Part shown: in pieces, positions 1 to 10,800 of the stretch
Layout of the letters: each line of letters begins with the position of its first letter
How positions within the stretch are numbered: the first letter of the stretch is position 1
Source of the DNA: Octopus bimaculoides
Taxonomy: Eukaryota
Length of the DNA stretch: 35,815 nt
Direction: 5' to 3'
Assembly: GCF_001194135.2 (NCBI RefSeq)
Contig: NC_068984.1
Coordinates: forward strand, 115,579,480 to 115,615,294
Notes under the pieces: model-generated
What the model saw: only the letters and a program-made list of their open reading frames with translations
Database searches by the model: none
Told to the model about the DNA's origin: nothing
Position numbers and translations under genes: made by a program

Positions 1-53
1 GGGGAGGAAGTAGAAGAATAGGTGAGCAACGAGAGAAAGAGAGGAAGAGAGAA

Positions 54-129
54 ATATAGTAGTAACAGAAGGAAGAACGAGAGGGGAAAGAGAGAGATAT
101 AGTAGTAACAGAAGGAAGAACGAGAGGGG
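54..129. repeat. 43-bp-period direct duplication in a purine-rich tract
   Basis: atatagtagtaacagaaggaagaacgagagggg occurs at 54-86 and 97-129. Confidence 0.85.
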
Positions 130-410
130 GAAAAGTGATAGAGAAAGAGATAGAGTCGCGTCAGAAAATATAAAGTTGAAAAAACTACTTACAACAGGGA
201 TGACGCAGGCGTTCGATCATGTAAAACAAATAATAAATGAGTATATGCATATATACGTACAGGTATGTGCCTACCTACGTCTACCTGTATATATAGGTGC
301 ATATCTGGGTACAGGACATTGCAAATAAAATGTAGACAAGAAAATAATATACACACACAATGTGTTTCTTTCAGTTTTAGTTTACTAAATCTACTCACAA
401 GACGGATAGC

Positions 411-519
411 CTGAGAGTACGGTAGATGCTTAGCCAAGGTGTTACACAATGGGACTTGAACCCGAAAGCATATAATATAGTTGAGACGCACGCTTCTTAC
501 CACACAACCACACCTGCAT
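411..519 (-). mobile_element. tRNA-derived SINE family A, head fragment
   Basis: Reverse complement matches the head of the copies at 641 and 2541 (gcaggtgtggttgtgtggtaagaagc ... gggttcaagtccc, B-box-like). Confidence 0.7.
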
Positions 520-640
520 CTGTCTTTATATACAGGGTGCTCGGGCTAAATTTGAAGATTTTTGTCTCATCTTTCAAGAACAGCTTGATGTATTGGTGAA
601 TAGTCAATGGCGTTGGAGAGCATAAAGGTTAAAGTTTTTG

Positions 641-968
641 AGGCGCAGGTGTGGCTGCGTGGTAAGAAATTTGCTTTATAGCAACATGGTTCCGGGTTCA
701 GTCTCACTGCAAGGCGTCTTGGGCAAGTGTCTTCTACTATAGTATCGCTCCGACCAAAGCCTCGTGAGTGGATTTAGTAGAGGGAAACTGAAGTGTCAGT
801 GTTTGTTCCCCAAAACCACTTGATATAGCGCTTCGGCAAAAGAGACCGATAGAATAAGTACCAGTTTTTAAAAAACTTAAGTGCTGGGATCGATTCATTC
901 GACAAAAAATTCTTCATTGCAGTGATCCAACATGGCCATAGACCATGACTGAAACAAGCAAAAGATAA
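641..968 (+). mobile_element. tRNA-derived SINE family A (internally shortened copy)
   Basis: tRNA-like head with GGTTCAGTC B-box, ccgaccaaagcc-gtgagtggattt core and atgactgaaacaagcaaaagataaaa tail; shared with 2541, 10408 and 34147. Confidence 0.85.
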
Positions 969-1140
969 AAATTGACATGGAGGACTGGCAGTCGTCTGAA
1001 TATTGGAAAAGAGTTACCTGTAGCATGATGTTTCGCGCCAGTTATCAAACTACCGATATCATGACTGCTATTCAATGCTCTGTAAACAGTCTAAAGGCTG
1101 TAAGACGTAACATGAACAGCTGCAACAGAGACTGTTTGTT

Positions 1141-1469
1141 GGCACTCCGTCGCTTACGACGTCGAGGGTTCCAGTTGATCCGATCAATTGAACAGCCTGC
1201 TCGTGAAATTAACGTGCAAGTGGCTGAGCACTCCACACACACGTGTACCCTTAACATAGTTCTCAGGGATATTCAGCGTGACAGAGTGTGACAAGGCTGA
1301 CCCTTTGAATTACAGACACAACAGAAACAGGAAGTAAGAGTGAGAGAAAGTTGTGGTGGAAGAGTACAGCAGTGTTTGCCACCATCCCCTGCCGGAGCCT
1401 CGTGGAGCTTTAGGTGCTTTCGCTCAATAAACACTCACAACGCCCGGTCTGGGAATTGAAACTGCGATC
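1141..1469 (-). mobile_element. SINE family C copy (head cut by gap)
   Basis: Tail 1141-1310 is the reverse complement of 29050-29215; head-side sequence gatcgcagtttcaattcc is B-box-like. Confidence 0.75.
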
Positions 1470-2028
1470 NNNNNNNNNNNNNNNNNNNNNNNNNNNNNNN
1501 NNNNNNNNNNNNNNNNNNNNNNNNNNNNNNNNNNNNNNNNNNNNNNNNNNNNNNNNNNNNNNNNNNNNNNNNNNNNNNNNNNNNNNNNNNNNNNNNNNNN
1601 NNNNNNNNNNNNNNNNNNNNNNNNNNNNNNNNNNNNNNNNNNNNNNNNNNNNNNNNNNNNNNNNNNNNNNNNNNNNNNNNNNNNNNNNNNNNNNNNNNNN
1701 NNNNNNNNNNNNNNNNNNNNNNNNNNNNNNNNNNNNNNNNNNNNNNNNNNNNNNNNNNNNNNNNNNNNNNNNNNNNNNNNNNNNNNNNNNNNNNNNNNNN
1801 NNNNNNNNNNNNNNNNNNNNNNNNNNNNNNNNNNNNNNNNNNNNNNNNNNNNNNNNNNNNNNNNNNNNNNNNNNNNNNNNNNNNNNNNNNNNNNNNNNNN
1901 NNNNNNNNNNNNNNNNNNNNNNNNNNNNNNNNNNNNNNNNNNNNNNNNNNNNNNNNNNNNNNNNNNNNNNNNNNNNNNNNNNNNNNNNNNNNNNNNNNNN
2001 NNNNNNNNNNNNNNNNNNNNNNNNNNNN
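1470..2028. other. Assembly gap (others at 4031-4155, 9760-10407, 13120-13129, 16620-16629, 27651-27767, 30145-30891, 34137-34146)
   Basis: Runs of N. Confidence 0.98.
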
Positions 2029-2255
2029 GTATTTTATGTGCCACCCACACAAGAGCCAGTCCAGGGGCACTGGCAACGATCTCGCTCGAAAGTCCTTACA
2101 CATGCCGTGGGCACAAGTGCCAGAAAGGCGACGCTCGGCACAGGTGCCATCACGATTTCGCTTTCGCTTGCCCCAACAAGTCTTCGCAAGCTGAGTTTTG
2201 TGTCCAATGAGGGAGACGACGTTGGCATGGGTGCCAAGGGCCAAGCTGGTGGCTA
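2029..2255 (-). mobile_element. SINE-like family D, ~62-65 bp tandem-unit region
   Basis: Units gtgccacccacacaagagccagtccaggggcactggcaacg match 13085-13346 and the reverse complement of 24188-24520. Confidence 0.7.
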
Positions 2256-2340
2256 AGATGGAGGTGTTCGAAGATCTTCTCAAGAACACAGTGAGGAACG
2301 CATGCACCAGGTTCCGAAGTCGTCTGGAAGCTATTGGAAG

Positions 2341-2540
2341 CTCTGTGTGTGTGAGGGGGGGGTATCTGTTTTTGTGCTTGTCCCCACCACTTGATAACTG
2401 ATACTGTTTTGCTTACGTCCCCGTAACCCAGTAGTTCAACAAAAGAGAGCCTGACTGTATAAGTACTGAGGTCGATTTGTTCGACAAACCCTTGAAGGCA
2501 GTGCTTTAGCATGGGCACAGTCCAATGACAGAACCAAAAG
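2341..2540 (+). mobile_element. SINE family A, 3' half
   Basis: cccc-accacttga ... gtcgatttgttcgac ... agcatgg ... atgacagaac matches family A tail. Confidence 0.7.
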
Positions 2541-2935
2541 CATGGCTGTGTAGTAAGAAGTTTGCTTTCCAACCACATGGTTCTGGGTTCAGTCTTACTG
2601 CGTGACACCTTAGGCAAATGTCTTCTAATATTGCATCAGGCCGACCAAAGCCTTGTGAATGGATTTGGTAGACGGAAACTGAAAGAAGCCCGTCGTATAT
2701 ATATGTGTGTGTGTGTGTCTTTGTGTCTGTGTTTGTGCCCCACTACTGCTAGACAACCAGTGTTGGTGTGTTTATGTCCTTTTAACCTAGCGGTTTGGCA
2801 ATAGAGATCAATAGAATAAGTACCAGGCTTTAAAAACAAGAAAATAAGTACTGGAATCGATTAGTTCAACTAAAAACTCCTCATAGCAGTGCCCCAGCAT
2901 GGCCGCAATCTAATGCCTGAAGCAAGTAAAAGATT
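2541..2935 (+). mobile_element. SINE family A, near full length
   Basis: Head, core, internal (TA)(TG)n and tail are collinear with the reverse complement of 34147-34522. Confidence 0.9.
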
Positions 2936-4293
2936 TACATGAATGGTTCGGGAAAATGGAAAATATATTATGAACAGATGTGTTCCTTTATTAATAATGT
3001 TTTAAAATCGTGATCCCATGGCGACATCTCTCAATTTGTGTACACAAATACAACTTCATAACATGACAAAAGATCACGTGATAATGTTATGAAGTTGTAT
3101 TTCTGCACACATTTACATTTCTACACTCTTCCAAGACAAAATTTACTACATCATCATTTGCTACTTAATGTCGGTTTATTATGTAAATAAAGTATCAGTT
3201 CACCCCCTGCCGTCTTTAACAAGAAACTGATACTGTCAATTTAATTTATTGGCATGTGAGTTTTTGACTTCTTCATGCGTGAAGTTTAACAATTGAAATT
3301 GTATATCTTAAACGAAAAGAGATTGGTGTATGAATTACAAAGGTGCAGAAACAAAATCAATTCATATAATTACTGGAAAGAAAAAAAAAACAAAAAAACA
3401 AGCATTGACATTTATCAAAATTAGGAATCTATAAATGTGTACAGGTGTGGGTTCGTATCCTACAGGCAGTCTTCGACTTTTTCTATCTGAAGGGGAATAT
3501 TTCCATGCTATTATTTATAGTTTTGTGTGCTTCGAGATCTACTGTTCCAAATAAGAATTATTTCACGTTCTCTCGAAAGTTTATGTCAACAATATACAAT
3601 TTTTGCTGGTAAGAATTAAGTTGCAAAATGGATAGAAACATATGAATGATTGCTTTGGTCTAGGGGTAGAAAGTCTATCATATCTACAGGAGATGTTGGT
3701 TTCAGTCACACGGGCAGCCATTGACTTTTTCTATCCATATATGTGTGCGTGCATGCGTGCACGTATATATATATATATACTATTATCTTTATCTTATGAT
3801 ATTTACTTTGTTTTATATCATACTCATTTATTGTGCTTTTAATTATTAATTTTTCTATATGTGATAGTGGATTTTCATCGATGAGTTCTTGAAACTTGGT
3901 TCTTTTCCCTAAAACTATATATTTTATATATATTTTAATCTATAAAGCTCAATTTAATTTTAATTTTTTATAAATTGATTTTAATTGAGTTTTTACCTGT
4001 AATTTTGGATTTTGTCCCTAATATATATATNNNNNNNNNNNNNNNNNNNNNNNNNNNNNNNNNNNNNNNNNNNNNNNNNNNNNNNNNNNNNNNNNNNNNN
4101 NNNNNNNNNNNNNNNNNNNNNNNNNNNNNNNNNNNNNNNNNNNNNNNNNNNNNNNTATATATATATATATATATCATGCATGGATGTTGAGTTCAACCAA
4201 GAAGAATCTAGATTATTAAAAGAGCTGTACCAAAAAAAAAGAAATAAAAATAAGAAAAAGAAACAAAATTTTAAAATAAGTAATGGTTTCAAA

Positions 4294-4431
4294 TTTTAGC
4301 ACAAGGCCAGCAATTTTGAGAAAAGACCTAGCTGATTACACCAATCTCAGTACTCAACTGGTACGTATTTTATTGACCCCTGCAAAGCAGTTTGCTTGGC
4401 ATGCTAACGATTCTGCCAGCTCGCCGTCTTA
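4294..4431 (-). mobile_element. tRNA-derived SINE family B, internally deleted
   Basis: Minus head ggcgagctggcagaatcgttagc matches 26794-26760; retains gtaccagttg and ggccttgtgc tail. Confidence 0.75.
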
Positions 4432-4441
4432 GAAATAAGAC

Positions 4442-4555
4442 GCTTACAGCAGCGAGGCTTTTCAAGTGGTGACACAAGTACTAACTAGGCTCGACACTGC
4501 TTAATATCGGTAATGAGACGAGAACCGATGCATTCAACGTGATATGATCGTAAAC
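4442..4555 (-). pseudogene. 5S rRNA pseudogene
   Basis: Minus strand gtttacgatcatatcacgttgaatgcatcggttctcgtctcattaccgatattaagcagtgtcgagcctagttagtacttg ... gctgtaagc is collinear with metazoan 5S rRNA (compared from memory), with many substitutions and a short deletion near box C. Confidence 0.8.
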
Positions 4556-4713
4556 AAAAATTTAAAATATATATTAGATTATAATTAATATTACAATGGA
4601 GCTGCAGAGTGAGAGTTCACTATTTTGACTAAGAAGACTATATTACACCAACAGGAAATTTACATGAAAATTAGATACCTTAAATAGTAGCTAAATTAAA
4701 CGATACATGTTTA

Positions 4714-5100
4714 TCTATACTATAAAAGGCAGATTTTCTCTGTGTGTGTGTATGTTTAAAATTCATACATTTACACAATTCCAAATTTCTTGGATTAAAG
4801 AATCTCAATTAATATTCTAAATACAATTTGTTAGGTCACTGCGTCATTTTTTCACTCCAAAAAATTTCTAATAACGAATAAAATACATAAAACTACAGAA
4901 GTAAACATTTTCTCCCTAATAAAATCTAATTTCCTCTTTCCAATACAAATCCTTTCAACTCCTACTTTCTCTTATGAAGCATTATGAACAATCCAACGAC
5001 AAATACAAAAAGAAAGGAAGGAGAGACACTGACAGTAAAAGAAAACTATTTCAGTATCAAAACTGAAACAATCACATTTCGATACTGTAATGACAGTTAC
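4714..5100 (+). mobile_element. Probable non-autonomous Helitron 5' end
   Basis: A|TCTATACTATAAAAGGCAG followed by (TG)n resembles the Helitron A/TC 5' terminus; 3' boundary not seen. Confidence 0.4.
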
Positions 5101-5149
5101 ACTTTAACGGTTTCATTTTAATACTACATACATATATACATACATACCT

Positions 5150-5235
5150 CATTCTAATGAAACAGGAAGAAAGAGTGAGAGAAAGTTGGGGCGAAAGAGT
5201 ACAACAGGGGTCACCACCACCTCTGCCGGAGTCAT
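5150..5235 (-). mobile_element. SINE family C internal fragment
   Basis: aaacaggaagaaagagtgagagaaagttg ... ccacctctgccggag matches 1325-1398. Confidence 0.75.
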
Positions 5236-5447
5236 AGGTAGAGTTCCATCTGGTACTGTTGGGGACCACCAGCCTTCTCTTCAACGCATCCAGAATGCTG
5301 TCTGCCGCCACCGTACAGCGGCTCTACAGATTCCATAGCTGCTGTCTTGGACATGGCCTTGCTGTAGGCCGACTTGTATGAAGCGCGGTCAAGAGCCTTG
5401 TTGGCATCCACGCTGGCTACCAAGTTGAAGGTAAGGGTTGCGTACTT
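5231..5447 (-). pseudogene. hAT-superfamily (ZBED-like) transposase fragment, frameshifted
   Basis: Two frames join to TFNLVASVDANKAL...AYSKAM / MAADSILDALKRRLVVPNSTRWNSTYD; TRWNS and HxLNLV-like motifs are typical of hAT transposases. Confidence 0.8.
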
Positions 5448-5760
5448 CATTATTATTATTATTATTATTATTGTTGTTCTTCTTCTTCTTCAGGTCACTG
5501 CTTGGAATCAAACTCGGAATCTTGGAGCTAAGAGCGTGAAGATTCCAAGTTTGATTCCAGGCCATGACCTGAACAATAATAATAATAGTAATAATAATAA
5601 TAATAATAACAACATCGAAAAATACCTTAGGAATGAGAACCCAGGTTCGAAATTTCCCCAAGACACCCGATGATAGCTGGAGGGTATATCAGCCGAAACG
5701 TTGTGTTAACAACAAACAAGATGAGGACAAATATCTGACGAATGTAAATAATGTAAAATA
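5448..5760 (+). mobile_element. tRNA-headed, hammerhead-tailed short element (copy 1) with inverted partial copy
   Basis: Same sequence as 12378-12620; arms caggtcactgcttggaatcaaactcggaatctt / aagattccaagtttgattccaggccatgacctg flanked by (ATT)n/(AAT)n. Confidence 0.8.
5660..5707 (+). ncRNA. Minimal type I hammerhead ribozyme motif, U4-to-C core mutation (probably inactive)
   Basis: AAGACAC-CCGATGA-TA-GCTG-loop-CAGCC-GAAA-CG-TT-GTGTT: stem I GACAC/GTGTT, stem II GCTG/CAGC, palindromic ACGT stem III. Confidence 0.7.
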
Positions 5761-5821
5761 TTTGTTGTAAGACGAAATTTACTGAACTAACATATGAACA
5801 TTTTCATTTAACATTCCTTTC

Positions 5822-5823
<2 letters not shown>

Positions 5824-5898
<75 letters not shown>

Positions 5899-5899
5899 G
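5824..5899. repeat. Compound (AC)n(TC)n microsatellite
   Basis: Seen directly. Confidence 0.95.
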
Positions 5900-6627
5900 G
5901 AGACATACTCGGTTATTAAACTTCTCCCCCCACTTAGTTTTTCTTTTATAACTCAACAATGTCCAAAAGCACGGTTGTGATAATGTATTTTTATTTAGCT
6001 AAGCGATGAGACGAAATTAAAGTGAATGGAGATGTGAGACAAGTAAGATGGAATGTGTAACACTTTACTATCCATCTATTTGATTAAGGCTCATAATAAT
6101 TGATACTGGATGTGGTGAGAAATCGATACGAAACTTCAGACAAAAAACAAGAAGTTATGTCATCTCTTCTTTGGAAAATGCAAAAGAAAATCAATAAAAT
6201 CGGAGAGAGAGAGGAAGAATGTGAGGGTGGGAGAGAAGAAGAAAGGAGAGAGAGTGTGGGAGGAAGAGAGAGAGGGAGAGAGATCTGGAACACAAAAGTT
6301 TCTAAATGGATGAAATAGAAAGAATGTATTTTATGAAAGAATTTGACATGTTGTCTAGCTCAAGTCTAGCTTGTAATTTAGCGCGGATTATAAGAGGCTC
6401 AAGCCTATGGCTACCCAGTCAAATAAAACCTATGATTAAGGGCTTTTAAGCTGTGACCACCCTGTTGTTTTGTATACCAGGTACTACATTATCCAATTTC
6501 TCCTTCCTAGTTTTATGAGGGCAGTATGTTATGATTCATGGTAAATTTGGCTGATATTTCTAGCAGTGAGAGTAACTATGTAGAAGTTACCTTGTTGAAA
6601 TTTTGAGTTAGTAAAAAAAGATGAGTG

Positions 6628-6845
6628 ATCACTAACGGTGCATGAGAGTCTGGTGAGCTGAGCAACATTTTATCTGAGTTCAAATTCTGCAGTGGTCGAC
6701 CTTACATTTCCTCCATTCAGAGTTGATGAAATAAGTTCTAGTTGAACTTATTTTATCACTTATTCTATGACTAGGGTCGATTTAATCATCTAGCCCAGGT
6801 ATCCACCTCCCTCAAATTTCAAACCACGTGCCTCTAGTAGTAAAA
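6628..6845 (+). mobile_element. SINE family B, degraded
   Basis: gagttcaaattctgcagtggtcgacc ... gatgaaataagt ... gggtcgatttaatc matches the reverse complement of 26568-26794. Confidence 0.6.
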
Positions 6846-6869
6846 AATATATACAATCTGATCTCTTGA

Positions 6870-7025
6870 CATCATCATCATCGTCGTCATCTCATTTAAC
6901 ATCCGTTTTCCATGCAGGCACAGGTTGAACAATTTGATAGGAGCTTGCCAGCTGGTTAGCTGTCCAGATCCCAATTGTCTGTTTTGAGATTATTTCTACA
7001 GCTGGATGCCCTTCCTAACGCCAAG
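6870..7025 (-). mobile_element. Family D 3' tail (RTE-like tail)
   Basis: catcatcatc-tttaacatccg-ttccatgc ... ctacagctggatgcccttcctaacgcc, as at 12922-13070. Confidence 0.75.
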
Positions 7026-7224
7026 GTTCGAAACCTGCTACAGACGATTTAATTTTTCATCTCTCTTTGACATCGATGAAAAAAAATAACTATAATATGA
7101 ATTTCTCCATATAGGTGTGGAGTTTCCCTCTCTCTCAGAAGATACAAAGAATGGCTCTCACTGCTTACATGTGGGTATGGCACAGTAAAAAAAACTGCTG
7201 AACAAGTCTCTGGGCTTACGATGA

Positions 7225-7458
7225 AAGACAAGATGAGCTCAGCGTGTGTGTGTATGTGTGTGTCTCCTTGTTCCCCCCCCCCCAATCATCGCTTGACGAA
7301 TGGTGCTGGTGTGTTTACATCTCTGTAACTTAGTGGTTTGGCAAAAATGACCGATAGAATAAGTACTGGGGTCGATAATTCGACTAAAAATTCTTCAAGG
7401 CTGTGCCCCAGCATGGCCACAGTCTAATGACTGAAAGAAGTAAAAGATAAAAGATAAA
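7225..7458 (+). mobile_element. SINE family A, 3' half
   Basis: atcgcttgac ... accgatagaataagtac ... cagcatggccacagtctaatgactgaaa and aaagata tail repeats. Confidence 0.8.
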
Positions 7459-7660
7459 AACTTTTATACCTTGTTTTTATGTCTAACATGCAGACAAGCA
7501 GTTTAACACCATAGAAAAAAAGTGAAAGTAAATTCTATAATTTCATGAATCATTGGCAACTTCATGAGGAAATAAGTTGCTGATACCTACTTGCAAAGCC
7601 CACCCATTGTATATCAAAAGTGTTATAAGGTAATGTCCAGTGCCTTATAACAGGCCATGT

Positions 7661-7725
7661 TTAGCACATGTCAGCAAGTACCTCAATCAAGCAGCATTTT
7701 GCTGTACCTCTTTCAGCTACTATTT
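7661..7725 (-). CDS. Candidate terminal coding exon of an unidentified gene
   Basis: tttcag acceptor at 7727-7726; phase-1 reading (E)IVAERGTAKCCLIEVLADMC then TAA; no homology recognised. Confidence 0.25.
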
Positions 7726-8075
7726 CTGAAATATTTAACATATCACTAGAAGGTACTATATATGTAGGTGCCTATGGATGTGGCATAATCAGGGGATTTT
7801 ATGCTCTTTTTATGAACTTTTGGGATGCCACTCTTGTCACTTCTAGTGTCTATTGCAATTTACTTTCACTTTTTTAGAACACTTTACTTTCACCTGTTTT
7901 AGGACAATTTACTTTCACTTTTTGTGATAACTAAGTGCATGTTAACTGTTTTTATAACAAGCATGTATATATGCTTTGCAATATTTGTTCTGAAACTTGA
8001 AGCTCTATGTTCAACTCCCACAGAAGTCAACTTTACCTTTATTCTGTTCAGATCGATGAAAAGTACCAATTCAGG

Positions 8076-8147
8076 GTGGTAGATTGACAGAACTGTAAGA
8101 TCACAGGTCTAGTGGTAGATTGACAGAACTGTAAGATCACAGGTCTA
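8076..8147. repeat. Perfect 36-bp tandem duplication
   Basis: gtggtagattgacagaactgtaagatcacaggtcta x2. Confidence 0.95.
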
Positions 8148-8234
8148 GGTTTCTTGCAGCATTCATTCTGCTTCTCTGTGATCTGAGTTCAAACCCTACT
8201 GTAGCGTACTTGGGTGGTAAACTTAATTCATCAC

Positions 8235-8390
8235 CTGCTTTAATACCACCACTTAAATTCTTGGGTACATTTAGCAAAGTCCACTCTGTTGCATGTATTT
8301 GGAATTTCTCTCTGATTTGAAGATACCTTCCTCCCTTGCTCCCACAGGTATCAGAGGCCCTGTGAAACATCAAAGGCATTGCTTTCCCTC
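8235..8390 (-). CDS. Candidate internal coding exon of an unidentified gene
   Basis: Pyrimidine tract ttttcttaactgttttaagtcag, only one open frame (GKAMPLMFHRASDTCGSKGGRYLQIREKFQIHATEWTLLNVPKNLSGGIKA), donor CAG|GTGATG; not repeat-like. Confidence 0.35.
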
Positions 8391-8486
8391 CTGACTTAAA
8401 ACAGTTAAGAAAATATTACAAATATCATGTTTTTCAAGGCACCAAACATTAATATGTATATTCACAGCCATTTCTCCATACATATA

Positions 8487-9079
8487 TTGGGTTGTCCAGA
8501 AAGTTTGTGCCGATTTTCCAAAATGTTCTTCTCACTCAACTCATGTGGTACCCAAACATCGTAGCGATTTGTGTACCCAAGCTTTACCAGGTGCTCATGA
8601 ACAACGGATTTTGATAGGTTGAGACTTTCTGCCAATTCTTGGGTTATGCAATGTGGGTTATTCTCAATTAATGACTTGATTTGGTCATCATCTGTAGTGG
8701 ATGGTCTGCCTGATCGTTCTCTTTATCAATAAGGCTACAATCTCCAGCTCAGAACCTTGCGAACCACTTCCATACAGTTCTTTCGGATAAAGAAACATCA
8801 CCATGAACTGCATATATTTCTTTGGTTGCTTGTGAGGTATTTTTCACTTTACGGAAAAAGAAAAGCATCAAGTGCTGAAAATGAACTTTCTTATCTTCCA
8901 TTTTAAAGGGTTACAGAATTACCACAGGTTATAGGAACATAAACCTACTTCCATGAAAAGATACCTTAAACTGTGCTCTAAATGAAGGTGTAGTCAAATC
9001 TTATTTTATGGACTCAACCATGTTCTAAAGTCGAAAGGTAAGCTACTATAAATCGGCACGAACTTTCTGGACAACCCAT
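8487..9079 (-). mobile_element. Internally deleted mariner element
   Basis: TIRs ttgggttgtccagaaagtttgtgccgattt / aaatcggcacgaactttctggacaaccca, TA flanks; minus-strand N-terminal HTH remnant MEDKKVHFQHLMLFFFRK...SERTVWKWFARF. Confidence 0.9.
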
Positions 9080-9119
9080 TATATATGCAGTGTCTATGCA
9101 TCTACCCATCCATTCATAC

Positions 9120-9212
9120 ATCTATGCATACATATATACATACATGCATATATACATATGTATGTACATACATACATACATGTATACATACGTACATGCA
9201 TACATACATATA
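9120..9212. repeat. Degenerate (CATA)n tract
   Basis: Seen directly. Confidence 0.85.
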
Positions 9213-9214
9213 AA

Positions 9215-9500
9215 AAATAAACCAGCATTAAAAAAATAAATTGAAAGCTACCAGAAGACTATATAGGGAAGAAATGTAAAGTGAAGTAAGCAAGTTTGAA
9301 TGGACAGAAGAACTAGAAAGGCACTATAGCAAACATGTTGAACAAAAACATGATGAAAAGAATGGTACAGTAATGGGAAAAGTTTCTAAAGAAAATGACA
9401 AACAGGAAATCTCTAGGACCAGATCTCACAGAAACATATTGATTGAAGAACCTCATCTTTTATTACTGAGATTTGATAGTATTCTATTGAAAGTAAGTTA
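9215..9500 (+). mobile_element. Old R4/Dong-like retrotransposon fragment (region just upstream of RT)
   Basis: Frame WEKFLKKMTNRKSLGPDLTETY*LKNL resembles the KxxNWKxPGPDxIxNxWxKxL motif preceding RT in this clade. Confidence 0.45.
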
Positions 9501-9603
9501 GATCTGCTAAAATGACTGCCAACTGTTCTTAGTCTGTTCATTCTCCACAAAACAACCCAAACACACAAGTTAACAGTTACTGTTCTATAAGACAAAACAT
9601 ATA

Positions 9604-9759
9604 AGGTAGCAAGCTGGCAGAATCATTAGCATACCATTTTATCTGTCTTTATGTTTTGAGTTCAAATTCTTTTCTACTCTTGGCACAAGGCCTGAAATTT
9701 TGGAGGAGGAGGCCAGTCGATTAGATCGACCCAGTACACAACTGGTACTTAATTTATCG
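9604..9759. mobile_element. SINE family B pieces (plus head 9604-9668, minus tail 9669-9759)
   Basis: aaggtagcaagctggcagaatcattagc head; ggcacaaggcc ... tcgacccagtacacaactggtacttaatttatcg tail. Confidence 0.7.
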
Positions 9760-10407
9760 NNNNNNNNNNNNNNNNNNNNNNNNNNNNNNNNNNNNNNNNN
9801 NNNNNNNNNNNNNNNNNNNNNNNNNNNNNNNNNNNNNNNNNNNNNNNNNNNNNNNNNNNNNNNNNNNNNNNNNNNNNNNNNNNNNNNNNNNNNNNNNNNN
9901 NNNNNNNNNNNNNNNNNNNNNNNNNNNNNNNNNNNNNNNNNNNNNNNNNNNNNNNNNNNNNNNNNNNNNNNNNNNNNNNNNNNNNNNNNNNNNNNNNNNN
10001 NNNNNNNNNNNNNNNNNNNNNNNNNNNNNNNNNNNNNNNNNNNNNNNNNNNNNNNNNNNNNNNNNNNNNNNNNNNNNNNNNNNNNNNNNNNNNNNNNNNN
10101 NNNNNNNNNNNNNNNNNNNNNNNNNNNNNNNNNNNNNNNNNNNNNNNNNNNNNNNNNNNNNNNNNNNNNNNNNNNNNNNNNNNNNNNNNNNNNNNNNNNN
10201 NNNNNNNNNNNNNNNNNNNNNNNNNNNNNNNNNNNNNNNNNNNNNNNNNNNNNNNNNNNNNNNNNNNNNNNNNNNNNNNNNNNNNNNNNNNNNNNNNNNN
10301 NNNNNNNNNNNNNNNNNNNNNNNNNNNNNNNNNNNNNNNNNNNNNNNNNNNNNNNNNNNNNNNNNNNNNNNNNNNNNNNNNNNNNNNNNNNNNNNNNNNN
10401 NNNNNNN

Positions 10408-10696
10408 AGGACTTATTCTTTGTAAGCCTAGTACTTATTCTATCGTTCTCTTTTTGCCGAACCGCTAAGTTACAGGGACGTAAACACACCAGCATCAGTT
10501 GTCAAGCGATGGTGGGGGGGGACAAACACAGACACACAAACACACACACATATACATATATATACATATATACGACGGGCTTCTTTCAGTTTTCGTCTAC
10601 CAAATCCACTCACAAGGCTTTGGTCGGCCCGAGGCTATAGTAGAAAACACTTACCAACCATGTGGTTGGTAAGCAAGCTACTTACCACACAGCCAA
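10408..10696 (-). mobile_element. SINE family A
   Basis: Near-identical to 34215-34520. Confidence 0.9.
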
Positions 10697-10699
10697 ACG

Positions 10700-10800
10700 A
10701 CATTCTAGGGTAAGTATGAGAGTCTGGATATGACCAATTTAAACATAAAATAGGTAGAATATTTTGGTCAGATATGGCTAGCTTAAATACTAAAGGGTTA
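10700..10800. mobile_element. Possible piggyBac-type MITE end
   Basis: Ends ...gcttaaatactaaagggtta (AGGG followed by TTA(A)-like site); other end not found. Confidence 0.3.

Noticed and set aside
1414-2307. Long ORFs spanning N runs (also 9700-10495, 30111-31052 and others)
   Set aside because: Their length comes from unknown bases read as X.
3521-3608. Plus-strand 88-nt exon candidate (tttatag ... G|GTAAGA)
   Set aside because: Two frames are open, with no partner exons or homology; cannot be separated from chance.
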